Below, one piece after another: positions 1 through 9,147 of a DNA stretch of 64,000 bases; position 1 is the stretch's first letter; each line of letters opens with the position of its first letter. Below the pieces are notes generated by a model. That model made no database searches. It saw only the letters and a program-made list of their open reading frames with translations, and had not been told where the DNA came from. The translations under genes were made by a program, and so were the position numbers. The stretch is from positions 7,434-71,433 of the forward strand of contig CALLJS010000004.1 in the NCBI GenBank assembly GCA_938050045.1, read 5' to 3'. The stretch comes from an uncultured Sphingomonadaceae bacterium (GTDB lineage Bacteria > Pseudomonadota > Alphaproteobacteria > Sphingomonadales > Sphingomonadaceae).

Positions 1-1107
1 AATCCGCATTTAGCCTTTGCCATTAAGGCCAATCCGAATTTGGCCGTGCTCAAAATTATGGCGAACGAGGGATATGGCGCCGATGTTGTTTCGGGTGGCG
101 AGATGGAACGCGCATTAGCAGCGGGGATGCCAGCCAAAGATATTATCTTTTCTGGCGTTGGAAAAACCCAAGCCGAAATGCGCAAAGGACTCGACAAAGC
201 GATTGGTCAATTTAACATTGAATCGGAACCCGAAGGTATAGAATTAGCATCTGTGGCGCGCGCTATGGGCCTAGAAGCGTCAGCGGCTTTGCGCATTAAC
301 CCCGATGTCGATGCTGGAACGCATGCCAAAATATCGACGGGCAAGGCCGAAAATAAATTTGGCGTCGCCATTGATGAAGCACCAGCGATTTTTGATCGTT
401 TGGCGGGCTTAGATGGCATGAATTTGCGCGGTGTTGCTGTGCATATCGGCAGCCAGCTTGGGATGCTAGAGCCATTGGAGTCCGCGTTCATAAAAATAGG
501 GGCTTTGGTGGCTGATTTGCGCAGAGCAGGGCATAAAGTCAGCCATGTTGATCTGGGCGGTGGCTTGGGTGTACCGCATAGAGAAGGCGAACAATATCCT
601 AGTCCTGCGGAATATGGCGCGATGATAGCCCGCGTCACGAAAGATTGGGATGTGCAGCTCATGTTTGAACCTGGCAGGCTGATACCTGCCAATGCCGGTG
701 TGCTTTTAACCAAAGTCATTCGGGTCAAGCCAGCTAAGATTAACCCTTATGTGATTGTCGATGCCGCGATGAACGATCTGGCGCGCCCCGCGCTTTATGA
801 TGCTTATCATGCTTTTGCAGCGGTTAAGCCTAACGGGAAAAAAATGACCGCGAATATCGCAGGGCCTGTATGTGAAACGGGCGATACATTTGCGCTTGGC
901 CGCGAGATTGACAGCGTATCGGCGGGTGATTTAGCACTATTTCGCACAGCAGGGGCTTATGGTGCTACGATGGCCAGCACCTATAATAGCAGGCCGTTAG
1001 TGGCCGAGGTTTTGGTCGATGGAGATCGTTTCGCAATTGTCGCAGAGCGTATTAATCCAGAAACAATTTTAGCCGCCGAACATGTTCCCGATTGGCTCGT
1101 ATCATAA
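1..1107 (+). CDS. lysA: Diaminopimelate decarboxylase (PLP-dependent), 5' end cut by window edge
   Basis: The frame is open from base 1 (NPHLAFAIKANPNLAVLK...), so listed ORF 40..1107 is only the part after an internal TTG. Orn/DAP/Arg decarboxylase motifs are present: HIGSQ, DLGGGLG, EPGR, CETGD. Confidence 0.9.
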   Translation, partial: NPHLAFAIKANPNLAVLKIMANEGYGADVVSGGEMERALAAGMPAKDIIFSGVGKTQAEMRKGLDKAIGQFNIESEPEGIELASVARAMGLEASAALRINPDVDAGTHAKISTGKAENKFGVAIDEAPAIFDRLAGLDGMNLRGVAVHIGSQLGMLEPLESAFIKIGALVADLRRAGHKVSHVDLGGGLGVPHREGEQYPSPAEYGAMIARVTKDWDVQLMFEPGRLIPANAGVLLTKVIRVKPAKINPYVIVDAAMNDLARPALYDAYHAFAAVKPNGKKMTANIAGPVCETGDTFALGREIDSVSAGDLALFRTAGAYGATMASTYNSRPLVAEVLVDGDRFAIVAERINPETILAAEHVPDWLVS

Positions 1108-1149
1108 GAGAAAATTGCGCATCATCAGAGAGAATATAGTGATTATAGC

Positions 1150-1983
1150 ATGAACCAATTACCCATTTTTGTGAATATGAAGGGCCGCAAAATCCTGTTG
1201 GTGGGTGAGGGGGAGGCCTGTGACTCCAAACGACGTTTCATTGAACGTAGCGGCGCAATTTGTACCGATAATGCTGATGAGGCAAAAATTGCATTTGTGG
1301 CGATAGAAGATGAAGATAAGGCCATAGCCAAGGCCGATCAATTGAAAGCCCAGGGCTTGTTAGTCAATCTGGTTGATCGTCCAGCGCATTGCGAATTTAC
1401 CACGCCTGCTGTGATTGACCGTGACCCGATAGTGATAGCGATAGGAACGGGCGGAGCATCGGCAGGGCTAGCAAAAGCCATTCGCCAGCGGCTAGAGCAA
1501 TTATTACCGCAAAATTTGGGTGCCTTAGCCAAAGGCTTATTTGCAGCCCGTAGCGCGATAAAAAAACGTTGGAATGATACCGCGCAGCGCAGGCGCGCGA
1601 TCGATGCTGCATTGCAAAGCGGCGCGATGCTCGATCCATTTGCAGCAGATAGCGCCAATAATGTCGACATTTGGATTGAGGGCGGCGATGATGATTATAA
1701 AAATCGTGTCGAAATGATGTGTTTAACCTCATCCGAACCCGATGATATGACGCTGAACATGGCTCGGCTCTTAGGTGAGGCGGATATAATCTATCATGAT
1801 GATGATATACCAGATGCTGTTTTGAACCGCGCGCGGGCTGATGCGCAGCGGATGAGGGGGGTATTAAACCATCACCCAAATGGCTTGGTTATTAATTTGC
1901 GCTATTGCAAATCATGGCGCGAGGGCGCGGCATGTAATCCCGATAAATGCCGCATAAAAGATGATATGAAAGCAGCACGATGA
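1150..1983 (+). CDS. Siroheme-synthase-like protein: precorrin-2 dehydrogenase/ferrochelatase N-domain plus a short degenerate methyltransferase remnant
   Basis: N-terminal KILLVGEGEA Rossmann-like motif and IAIGTGGASAGLAKAIRQRLEQLLP match the CysG N-domain. The C-terminal ~95 aa (LTSSEPDDMTLNMARLLGEADIIYHDD) resemble only the start of a tetrapyrrole methylase. Confidence 0.7.
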   Translation: MNQLPIFVNMKGRKILLVGEGEACDSKRRFIERSGAICTDNADEAKIAFVAIEDEDKAIAKADQLKAQGLLVNLVDRPAHCEFTTPAVIDRDPIVIAIGTGGASAGLAKAIRQRLEQLLPQNLGALAKGLFAARSAIKKRWNDTAQRRRAIDAALQSGAMLDPFAADSANNVDIWIEGGDDDYKNRVEMMCLTSSEPDDMTLNMARLLGEADIIYHDDDIPDAVLNRARADAQRMRGVLNHHPNGLVINLRYCKSWREGAACNPDKCRIKDDMKAAR

Positions 1984-2786
1984 AGCAATTTCCTGATAAT
2001 ATTTTATTTTTTGGGTGCGGTAATATGGGCGGTGCTATTGTGCGCGGCTGGCTCAATGCGGGGGCGGCATCGCAGAAATTTCATGGGATTAGCCCTAGCA
2101 AACGATCGATGCCAACTGGGGTTAGCATCTATGCCAATGCTGCTGAATATAAAGGGAAAATGCCGCCCCCTGATATTATCATTCTAGCTATAAAACCGCA
2201 AATGCTTGATGGTTGTAGCGATGATATTGCATCGCTCTTAGCTAAAGATACGATTATCATTTCGCTCTTGGCGGGTATCGATTATGCGCAATTAAAGGCT
2301 TTATTTCCCAATAATAGCCTTGTGCGTATGATGCCCAATTTGGCGGTTGAAATCGGTAAATCGCCCATAGGCCTCTATAGCGACGATGCAGATATTCGTC
2401 CGATGATGCATGATATTTGCAGCCCGCTTGGCACATCATTGTGGGTTCAAAAAGATGAATATATGCATATTGTAACTGCACTAGCGGGTTCTGGCCCTGC
2501 TTATGTGTTTCGCTTTATCGATGCGTTGGCAGAGGCTGGTGCATCGCTTGGCCTCGACAAAGCGACATCCTTATTGCTGGCGAAAATGATGGTTGATGGG
2601 GCCTCTGATTTGGCCAATGCATCCCCCAATACGCCCAATGAATTAGCAGTAAAAGTGACGAGTAAAGCAGGGACAACCGCAGCCGGATTAGCACAATTAG
2701 ACCATCAAGATGCGCTGCGGAAATTGATGGATAAAACGCTCAAAGCAGCGCATGATCGCGCTGTAGCATTATCAAAATTGAGCTAG
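1980..2786 (+). CDS. proC: Pyrroline-5-carboxylate reductase
   Basis: FFGCGNMGGAI dinucleotide motif. The C-terminal SKAGTTAAGL motif is typical of ProC. ATGA overlap with the upstream gene. Confidence 0.9.
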   Translation: MKQFPDNILFFGCGNMGGAIVRGWLNAGAASQKFHGISPSKRSMPTGVSIYANAAEYKGKMPPPDIIILAIKPQMLDGCSDDIASLLAKDTIIISLLAGIDYAQLKALFPNNSLVRMMPNLAVEIGKSPIGLYSDDADIRPMMHDICSPLGTSLWVQKDEYMHIVTALAGSGPAYVFRFIDALAEAGASLGLDKATSLLLAKMMVDGASDLANASPNTPNELAVKVTSKAGTTAAGLAQLDHQDALRKLMDKTLKAAHDRAVALSKLS

Positions 2787-2800
2787 AAAGGATCAGGCCA

Positions 2801-4432
2801 ATGAACGCGATAAATTTATGGGGTAAAAGCGCATTATGGTGCGGGCTCATGCTAGTTTCAACGCAGGCCTATTCGATGAATCAACCAGATAGTGCAGCCT
2901 CTGATGCAGCAGCGAATATAATCGATGTAGAAGAAATGGCGTTGAGCCAAATAGCGGCTGATATTCGCAGCGGCAAAGTCACGAGCGTGGCGATTACGCA
3001 AGCGTATTTAGACCGTATCACCGCAATCGATGATAGCGGCCCTATGCTGAATGCAGTGATTGCCACGATGCCCGATGCGCTGGCACAAGCCGCGCAAGCC
3101 GATGCCGATTTGGCTGCGGGTAATGTGCGCGGGCCGCTGCACGGTGTGCCAATTTTGCTCAAGGATAATATAGAAGCTAAGGGCTCTGTTCCGACGACGG
3201 CTGGTTCGCTTGCGCTTATTAATAATATTACCAATCGCGACGCGCCTTTGGTCGCTGGGCTGCGCAAAGCAGGGGCGGTGATTTTGGGCAAAGCCAATTT
3301 ATCGCAATGGGCCAATATTCGTTCCAACAATTCCACCAGCGGATGGAGCAGCATCGGTGGTTTGGTTAAAAACCCTTATGCGCTAGATCGCAACGCATGC
3401 GGCTCATCAAGCGGCAGCGGCGCGGCGGCAGCGGCAAGCCTTGCGGCTGGAACGGTCGGTACTGAAACCGATGGTTCGGTGATTTGCCCTGCGGCTATTA
3501 ATGGTGTTGTGGGTATTAAACCAACGGTTGGTTTAATATCTCGCCGCTCTATCGTTCCGATTAGCCATAGCCAAGATACAGCAGGGCCAATGGCGCGCAG
3601 CGTGCGCGATGCGGCAATCATGCTGAGCGCAATGGCGGGCAGCGATGCAGGCGATCCTGCCACCAAAGACGCCGATAAATGGAAAGGCGATTTTAGCGCA
3701 GGATTAGATGGCACAGCATTGCAAGGCTTGCGTATCCTGGTGCCAAGAGATCGCCTTGGCAGCAATGAAGAGCATATCGCAATGTTCAATGCGATGCTGG
3801 ATAAAATGCGAGCGGCTGGAGCAATGATTATCGATGCAAAGGATACAATCAGCGGATATGAAGGTCTCGGAGAGGCTGAATATTTTGTTCTTCTGAGCGA
3901 GCTGAAAAGCGATATGGCCGCTTATTTGAAAGCTTTGCCAGAAGGATTAGTAGAGCATAAAACATTGGCTGATTTAATCGCTTTTAACAAAGCCAATGCT
4001 GCAAAAGAATTGCAATATTTTGGCCAAGAGATATTTGAACAAGCGCAAGCAACGGGCGGCACAGACGATCCTGGCTATGCAGCCGCCCGGCAAAAATCGC
4101 TCGATCTGGCTGGCCGTAAAGGCATTGATGGCTTATTATCGCTCTATAATGCCGATATAATAGTGCAGCTATCTAATGGCCCAGCATGGCGTTCGACCTT
4201 GGGTGAGGGCGATAATTTTGTCGGGCCAAGCGCGAGTAATTGGGCCGCCGTTGCGGGGTATCCGCATGTTACGGTGCCAATGGGCTATATCAATGAACTG
4301 CCCGTTGGGATGAGCTTTATTGGCCGCAAATGGCACGATCATTATGTGATTAAAGCAGCCTATGCTTATGAGAAATTGACCAAAGCCCGCAAAGCTCCTA
4401 CCTATAAGGCATCCGTGACTATATCTGAATAG
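2801..4432 (+). CDS. Secreted amidase-signature family amidase
   Basis: N-terminal signal-like hydrophobic segment. Amidase signature region LKDNIE...GSSSGSGAAAAASL...TETDGSV. Confidence 0.85.
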   Translation: MNAINLWGKSALWCGLMLVSTQAYSMNQPDSAASDAAANIIDVEEMALSQIAADIRSGKVTSVAITQAYLDRITAIDDSGPMLNAVIATMPDALAQAAQADADLAAGNVRGPLHGVPILLKDNIEAKGSVPTTAGSLALINNITNRDAPLVAGLRKAGAVILGKANLSQWANIRSNNSTSGWSSIGGLVKNPYALDRNACGSSSGSGAAAAASLAAGTVGTETDGSVICPAAINGVVGIKPTVGLISRRSIVPISHSQDTAGPMARSVRDAAIMLSAMAGSDAGDPATKDADKWKGDFSAGLDGTALQGLRILVPRDRLGSNEEHIAMFNAMLDKMRAAGAMIIDAKDTISGYEGLGEAEYFVLLSELKSDMAAYLKALPEGLVEHKTLADLIAFNKANAAKELQYFGQEIFEQAQATGGTDDPGYAAARQKSLDLAGRKGIDGLLSLYNADIIVQLSNGPAWRSTLGEGDNFVGPSASNWAAVAGYPHVTVPMGYINELPVGMSFIGRKWHDHYVIKAAYAYEKLTKARKAPTYKASVTISE

Positions 4433-4439
4433 TGGCTGC

Positions 4440-4940
4440 TCACTTATGCTTTGGTCTTTTGAGATTGATTAATCTTTTCTTTGGGGCGGTATCTTTCGGG
4501 AGCTCCAAAAATTCCTCTCCAATGCGCAAATTGATAATGGCATAATTAACCTCGCGCAGAAACATGATGAGCGATGAGGCCATGAATATCATGGCGATAA
4601 TGAAGGCCGCGCTGACATAAATCGACAGATCAACATGGCGCAGACCCATGATGAACAATAGGCTGATGAGAATGCAAACTGTGATGGCGCTCAAAACGCC
4701 AATGCCAATAGACATGTTGACGATGCTGATGCGTTTTTCCAAATTGCGCAATTCATTGACCACTAAATCATGTTCGCGCCCCATTGTCTTGGCATAGCGT
4801 TTTTGTAAAACCCTAGAACGATCAACAATACGGGCCATTCGTCCTGTGAAAAGATTGAGTAAACTGCCCAGCGCGACCAGCAAAAAAGCGGGGGTCAAAG
4901 CGGTTTGTAACAAGGCGATGATTGTATCCGATGATTCCAT
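4440..4940 (-). CDS. DUF2721-like small membrane protein
   Basis: 166 aa with an N-terminal TM segment, a basic/coiled middle and two C-terminal TM segments. Convergent with the amidase gene. Confidence 0.6.
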   Translation of the reverse strand: MESSDTIIALLQTALTPAFLLVALGSLLNLFTGRMARIVDRSRVLQKRYAKTMGREHDLVVNELRNLEKRISIVNMSIGIGVLSAITVCILISLLFIMGLRHVDLSIYVSAAFIIAMIFMASSLIMFLREVNYAIINLRIGEEFLELPKDTAPKKRLINLKRPKHK

Positions 4941-4984
4941 AGAAGATATTTAACAAAGCGCCATTAAAATGCAATTACTGCCTA

Positions 4985-5890
4985 TCATGAGTTTTTATTT
5001 GGATTAGATATTTTTAATAAATTAAGCGCTTCATGGCGTAAAAATGCGCTATTGCTATGCACAGTTTTTGACATCATTTCCGCAGCTTCTTCGCTTGGTA
5101 GGGCGGACAATAATGCTTGAAATGCACTGTTACGCATACGGTCACACGGATGGTTTTGCATATATTCATGCGCCAATGCTTGGCCTTGTTCGGGCAAGAG
5201 ATGAACTGCCATTTGCAGCAATATCTCACCAGAAACATGGTTTAATATTGTGATGATTTTTTGCGATAATAGGTCAAAATGATATTGATCGTACCAGGGC
5301 TGTAGCATATTTTGGTGCATGATATTGATCGATACGGATAAAGAATCAGCAGCTAATTGATGGTGCACATCTTTGTGCGCGCGATAGTGCAATATTTTAC
5401 CCTCTTCTAAACAAGAGGTTTCAATATATTTCAGATCAACAGCCTCGCCTTCATACCCAATGACTTTTTCATAATCATATTCATAATATTCAGAGCGATA
5501 ACCAGGCCCCATATAGCCTATGGTTAAAAAATCAAAATTATGGTCATGCGGTGTGTCAAAATAAAAAGCAGCTTCTCCATTTCTGCGCATCAAATAATCT
5601 TCTTTGCCTGGCCAAATATTGGCGCGTATCATGATGGCTTTGTGATTATATAATATGATAGACTGCCCGCCATAGGCATTGCTTGCGTTTTGCCTCTGGC
5701 ATCTATCTTCTAATTCTCTAATCAGGATATGAGACAGAAATTTTCTGTCATTATAGAGTCCTTTTAACTGATAAGCGGCATTGGCGACGCTATTTTCGTC
5801 TGTAGGGTCAAATCCATATTCCTCTAAATAGGCTATGGCTTCCTCTAGACTGATGATTTTATCATGATCTGATATAATTTCTTGGGGCAT
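4985..5890 (-). CDS. Hypothetical cupin-like (CDO-type HxH metal motif) protein with HEAT-like C-terminal helices
   Basis: IWPG...TPHDHNFDF and HYRAHKDVHH look like double-stranded beta-helix metal ligands. The C-terminus has HEAT/PBS-lyase-like helices. An AAGGAGG RBS sits 6 nt before the ATG at 5890, so MPQEII is a better start than the ORF-track ATG at 5905. Confidence 0.6.
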   Translation of the reverse strand: MPQEIISDHDKIISLEEAIAYLEEYGFDPTDENSVANAAYQLKGLYNDRKFLSHILIRELEDRCQRQNASNAYGGQSIILYNHKAIMIRANIWPGKEDYLMRRNGEAAFYFDTPHDHNFDFLTIGYMGPGYRSEYYEYDYEKVIGYEGEAVDLKYIETSCLEEGKILHYRAHKDVHHQLAADSLSVSINIMHQNMLQPWYDQYHFDLLSQKIITILNHVSGEILLQMAVHLLPEQGQALAHEYMQNHPCDRMRNSAFQALLSALPSEEAAEMMSKTVHSNSAFLRHEALNLLKISNPNKNS

Positions 5891-5919
5891 TATAGCCTCC
5901 TTCATTTGCCTAAGAAGGC

Positions 5920-6870
5920 TTAGAGAATATCGGGATATTGCGCTCTTACTATCTGCAATGTGTCCAATGCTGCTTTGCGCACGCAGCGGCTATCATCATA
6001 TTCGGACATGAATAAAAGATGCGGCAGAGCAGCCTTAACATCCAGCGCCAGAAATTCACGCATCACATACCAACGCATATCGGGCGCATCATTGCGCACC
6101 CATTCTTCAAACAGAGGGATTGCTTGTTCATTATGTTGATGCCGTAAAATAGACAATATTAATTGCACGCGCGATAATGTTGCATCGGCAAGCTGTTTTT
6201 GCGGTTTATTATCGCCATTAAACTGCAAATAATGATGCGATATATTTTCTATACTATCGTCAAATGCGCCAGTTTTAATGGTAGCGCGTAGAAATATTAT
6301 ATCGCGCTGTTGCGCTATGAAGTGCATGGATTGTCGGCGATTATTATAAATATATAATGCTCTATCATGACAAGATACTCTCTCATGACTGTGTAACCTG
6401 TCGTTTTCATCCAATTGCGCTTTGATAATTTGCGCAGCACCAATAGGGGCAAGCATCATCATATCTGGGCCAAAAATAAAGCTGTTTTGCGATGCTTTTT
6501 GTTGCCGCTCTCTTGATTTCGCCAAACAAAGGCTGATCGAAAATTTGCGCTCTTGGTGCAATATCATGCTGCTATATTCTTCATTTTTGTTGCTACGCAA
6601 TTCTATATTGGCAAAGGGATTTTTGCTTTGAATTTGGCATATTTGCGCTATCATTTCATAAATCCATGAAAGATTATCAAACAGAGGTTTGAGATGTTTG
6701 ATACAGTTTTGTGCCGTAGCTGCGCCCCCAGCTTTCAAAATATGCGCGCGCTGTGCTTTGCCAATTTCACTATCTTTCCATTGCTGCATCGCATGGCGCA
6801 CATCAGATAATGCTGATCGTTGATGGGCAATATTATCGGTAAAATTTTGAAGCTGAGGGCGGATATTCAT
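5920..6870 (-). CDS. Hypothetical protein with the same predicted architecture as the downstream cupin/HEAT protein but lacking the HxH ligands
   Basis: 316-aa ORF starting 2 nt after the stop of the small upstream ORF. The C-terminal DDSRCVRKAALDTLQ is HEAT-like. The central region aligns loosely by eye with the cupin core of 4985..5890. Confidence 0.55.
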   Translation of the reverse strand: MNIRPQLQNFTDNIAHQRSALSDVRHAMQQWKDSEIGKAQRAHILKAGGAATAQNCIKHLKPLFDNLSWIYEMIAQICQIQSKNPFANIELRSNKNEEYSSMILHQERKFSISLCLAKSRERQQKASQNSFIFGPDMMMLAPIGAAQIIKAQLDENDRLHSHERVSCHDRALYIYNNRRQSMHFIAQQRDIIFLRATIKTGAFDDSIENISHHYLQFNGDNKPQKQLADATLSRVQLILSILRHQHNEQAIPLFEEWVRNDAPDMRWYVMREFLALDVKAALPHLLFMSEYDDSRCVRKAALDTLQIVRAQYPDIL

Positions 6871-6872
6871 GA

Positions 6873-7019
6873 TTAGAACATCATGCTATTAATAGCACCC
6901 TTTTCCCAAAAATAGGTGGCGATTACAACCAAAATATCTTCGGAATTACCATTTATTAAGGGCCCTGTCATAGCCTCTAAATCGGGGAGTGAATTTATAT
7001 CAATGGATGGATATTTCAT
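6873..7019 (-). CDS. 48-aa small protein/peptide (MKYPSIDINSLPDLEAMTGPLINGNSEDILVVIATYFWEKGAINSMMF)
   Basis: An AGGAAA RBS lies 8 nt upstream of the ATG at 7019. Its stop is 2 nt from the next start codon, so it is the first gene of a tightly packed three-gene unit. Confidence 0.45.
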   Translation of the reverse strand: MKYPSIDINSLPDLEAMTGPLINGNSEDILVVIATYFWEKGAINSMMF

Positions 7020-7163
7020 ACTTATTTCCTTTTTGTTTTGTGACACCGCACGCCATTTCAAAAATAGCTTTCATCGTGCGGCATTGCAAAATTAGGAAAT
7101 TTTTTGCATGAGATGAAATTAACATTTTGTAATCTACGCCATATAGAATAATGTTAATTTAAT

Positions 7164-7682
7164 ATGAGCAATGAACAGCAACCTCCCAGAGCCTCTCCCA
7201 GAGCGTCTCCCAGACCGTCATGGTTTCCCAAAGATGGGAAATTTAACGTTGAAATCATTCAAAAGGGATTTAACAGCTATGGCCATACGAAATTTTTGGG
7301 CATGGATTATGTCGATAGCGGTGATGATTGGTTAGAGCTGTGCCTTGATTGGCGCGAAGATTTGGTGGCTGATGAACAAAGCGGAGTAATGGCTTCTGCT
7401 GCTATTATCAGCCTATTAGACAATGCGACTAGCCTCGCTATTTTCAAAAAGATGGAAATGTTTAAGCCGCAGGCTACTATGGATATGCGGGTTGATTATT
7501 TACGGGCCTCTCCCAAAGGGGCGCGGGTATTTGGGCGCGGTGAATGTTATAAATTGACCAGCAAAATCGCATTCATGCGCGGTATCGCCCATAATGGAGA
7601 TAGGGATGACCCCATAGCCCATGTGACAGGTACATTCATTCAAACCAGCCTATCACAATTTATGGCGGCAGGGGAAAAATGA
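7164..7682 (+). CDS. PaaI-family hotdog-fold thioesterase
   Basis: Hotdog/PaaI-like core (GMDYV...SLLDNATSLA...MDMRVDYLR). The N-terminus carries an in-frame PRAS repeat. Confidence 0.75.
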   Translation: MSNEQQPPRASPRASPRPSWFPKDGKFNVEIIQKGFNSYGHTKFLGMDYVDSGDDWLELCLDWREDLVADEQSGVMASAAIISLLDNATSLAIFKKMEMFKPQATMDMRVDYLRASPKGARVFGRGECYKLTSKIAFMRGIAHNGDRDDPIAHVTGTFIQTSLSQFMAAGEK

Positions 7683-8104
7683 GCATGCTAAATGATTATA
7701 AATCACCGCATGATTATAAATTACCGCCCTATGCACGGGCTTTGGGGATGAATATTGAGGGTGCCGAAGATGGTGTTCCTATTATCACTATGCCATTTTC
7801 TGATACTGTCATTGGCCGTCCGGGGTTTTTGCATGGCGGGGCTATGGCGGGTCTATTGGAGATTGCAGCTATGGCCAGCCTTTATATTGCGCTCGACAAA
7901 AGAGGTCAAAAATATAGCGTCAAACAAGTCAATGTAACGGTTGATTTTATGCGCGGTGGGGCCAATCATATGAGCTATGCTATCGGCAAGGTAAATAGAT
8001 TGGGACGGCGATTGGCCAATGTTGAAGCAGAGATTTGGCAAGAGGATCGAAAGCGGATTATCTGCGCTGCTCAAATGCATTATATGGTGAAATTAGAGGA
8101 TTGA
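7679..8104 (+). CDS. PaaI-family hotdog-fold thioesterase (second copy)
   Basis: GFLHGGAMAGLLE...VTVDFMRGG motifs. ATGA overlap with the preceding paralogue. Confidence 0.8.
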   Translation: MSMLNDYKSPHDYKLPPYARALGMNIEGAEDGVPIITMPFSDTVIGRPGFLHGGAMAGLLEIAAMASLYIALDKRGQKYSVKQVNVTVDFMRGGANHMSYAIGKVNRLGRRLANVEAEIWQEDRKRIICAAQMHYMVKLED

Positions 8105-8130
8105 TAGAGCCGATTAGGCGTTTATAGGCG

Positions 8131-8643
8131 TTATGCTTCGCCTTGCGTATCAATCAAGGCGCTGGCAATGGCTTCTTCGGGAGATTTACCGCCCCAGATA
8201 ATGAATTGGAATACAGGGTAAAAACGCTCGCATTCATCAATGGCAACATCAATCAATGTCTGCGCTTGGTCGATACCGAGCATGCCATTGGATGACATAA
8301 TAAGCGCATGGCGGAATAATAATAACCCGTTTGAGGCCCATAAATCAAAATGCCCAATCCATAATTGTTCATTGATTAGCCCAATCGCTTTATAGATAGT
8401 ATCGCGCTTGTCCGCATCAACTATGACTTCTGGTAGTGCCAAAATTTGCAGGGCATTATCTTCTTCGCGCCAAATGGCTTTAATTTTATACTGCGTCCAA
8501 CTGCCTTTCACTTCGGCTGATATTTCATCATCGGTATCGCGTTCAAACGACCAGCCGCGCGCCTCAAACAAGGCCGCTAACATATCAACTGGCAGCGACT
8601 CATCCCTATCAAAGATTGATAAATCATCATCATGTTCGCGCAT
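8131..8643 (-). CDS. YbjN-domain protein
   Basis: 170-aa acidic protein with the alphaproteobacterial YbjN-family pattern (recognised by eye only). Confidence 0.6.
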   Translation of the reverse strand: MREHDDDLSIFDRDESLPVDMLAALFEARGWSFERDTDDEISAEVKGSWTQYKIKAIWREEDNALQILALPEVIVDADKRDTIYKAIGLINEQLWIGHFDLWASNGLLLFRHALIMSSNGMLGIDQAQTLIDVAIDECERFYPVFQFIIWGGKSPEEAIASALIDTQGEA

Positions 8644-8799
8644 TGTACAAATTTCCTATCACAATCTTGCTTGTGCTAGGCAAATTGATACGGCGCAACA
8701 CTAATGAAGCGGCCATTTTACAAAGTCTGTGGGCCAGATGTGGAAAACTAGAGCCAATGCAGATTATATTGCTTATTTCTTCGCGCTTATTTTCGCAGC

Positions 8800-9087
8800 C
8801 TATGCTTTCTTGGCGGGTGCTTTTTTTGCTGGTGCCTTTTTGGGCGCGGCTTTGCCTTCCAAGGCTTCGATACGTTTGAGCAAGCTATCATTTTCGGCCC
8901 GCGCTTTTGCGGCCATTTTTTTAACGGCATCAAATTCTTCGCGGCTAATTAAGTCCAAGCCGCCAATCCATTCGCGCATCCTCTCGCGCATGGTTGCTTC
9001 TGCTTCACGCCCAGCACCCGCCATAGTGCCTGCAACGCCATTAATCATTTTGGCCAAATCATCAAAAATATGTTTTTCACTTTGCAT
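8800..9087 (-). CDS. ubiK: UbiK/BMFP-family accessory factor
   Basis: The N-terminal FDDLAKMINGVAG...REEFDAVKKMAAKAR coiled-coil is typical of UbiK/BMFP. Lys/Ala/Pro repeat tail. Confidence 0.75.
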   Translation of the reverse strand: MQSEKHIFDDLAKMINGVAGTMAGAGREAEATMRERMREWIGGLDLISREEFDAVKKMAAKARAENDSLLKRIEALEGKAAPKKAPAKKAPAKKA

Positions 9088-9147
9088 TATATTGTCCTTT
9101 GGGCATTATATTTTCCTTTGGGCCTTATATTCACCATTATAGCAGTT

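Noticed and set aside
3081-3096. Intragenic TGGCAC-N-GC matches (also at 22033-22048) as extra sigma-54 promoters
   Set aside because: They lie deep inside the coding sequence of the amidase and epimerase genes, have poor -12 context (CGCGCA, CGGCT) and have no nearby TTGCA-W3-TGCAA boxes.
207-3789. Long antisense ORFs within lysA and the amidase gene (207-728, 2881-3354, 3376-3789)
   Set aside because: They are opposite-strand shadows of genes with clear family motifs, and they have a low-complexity Ala/Ser/Pro composition.
8729-9142. 137-aa plus-strand ORF overlapping the UbiK-like gene
   Set aside because: The minus-strand frame gives a recognisable UbiK/BMFP protein. The plus-strand product is a low-complexity mirror of the Lys/Ala/Pro repeat.
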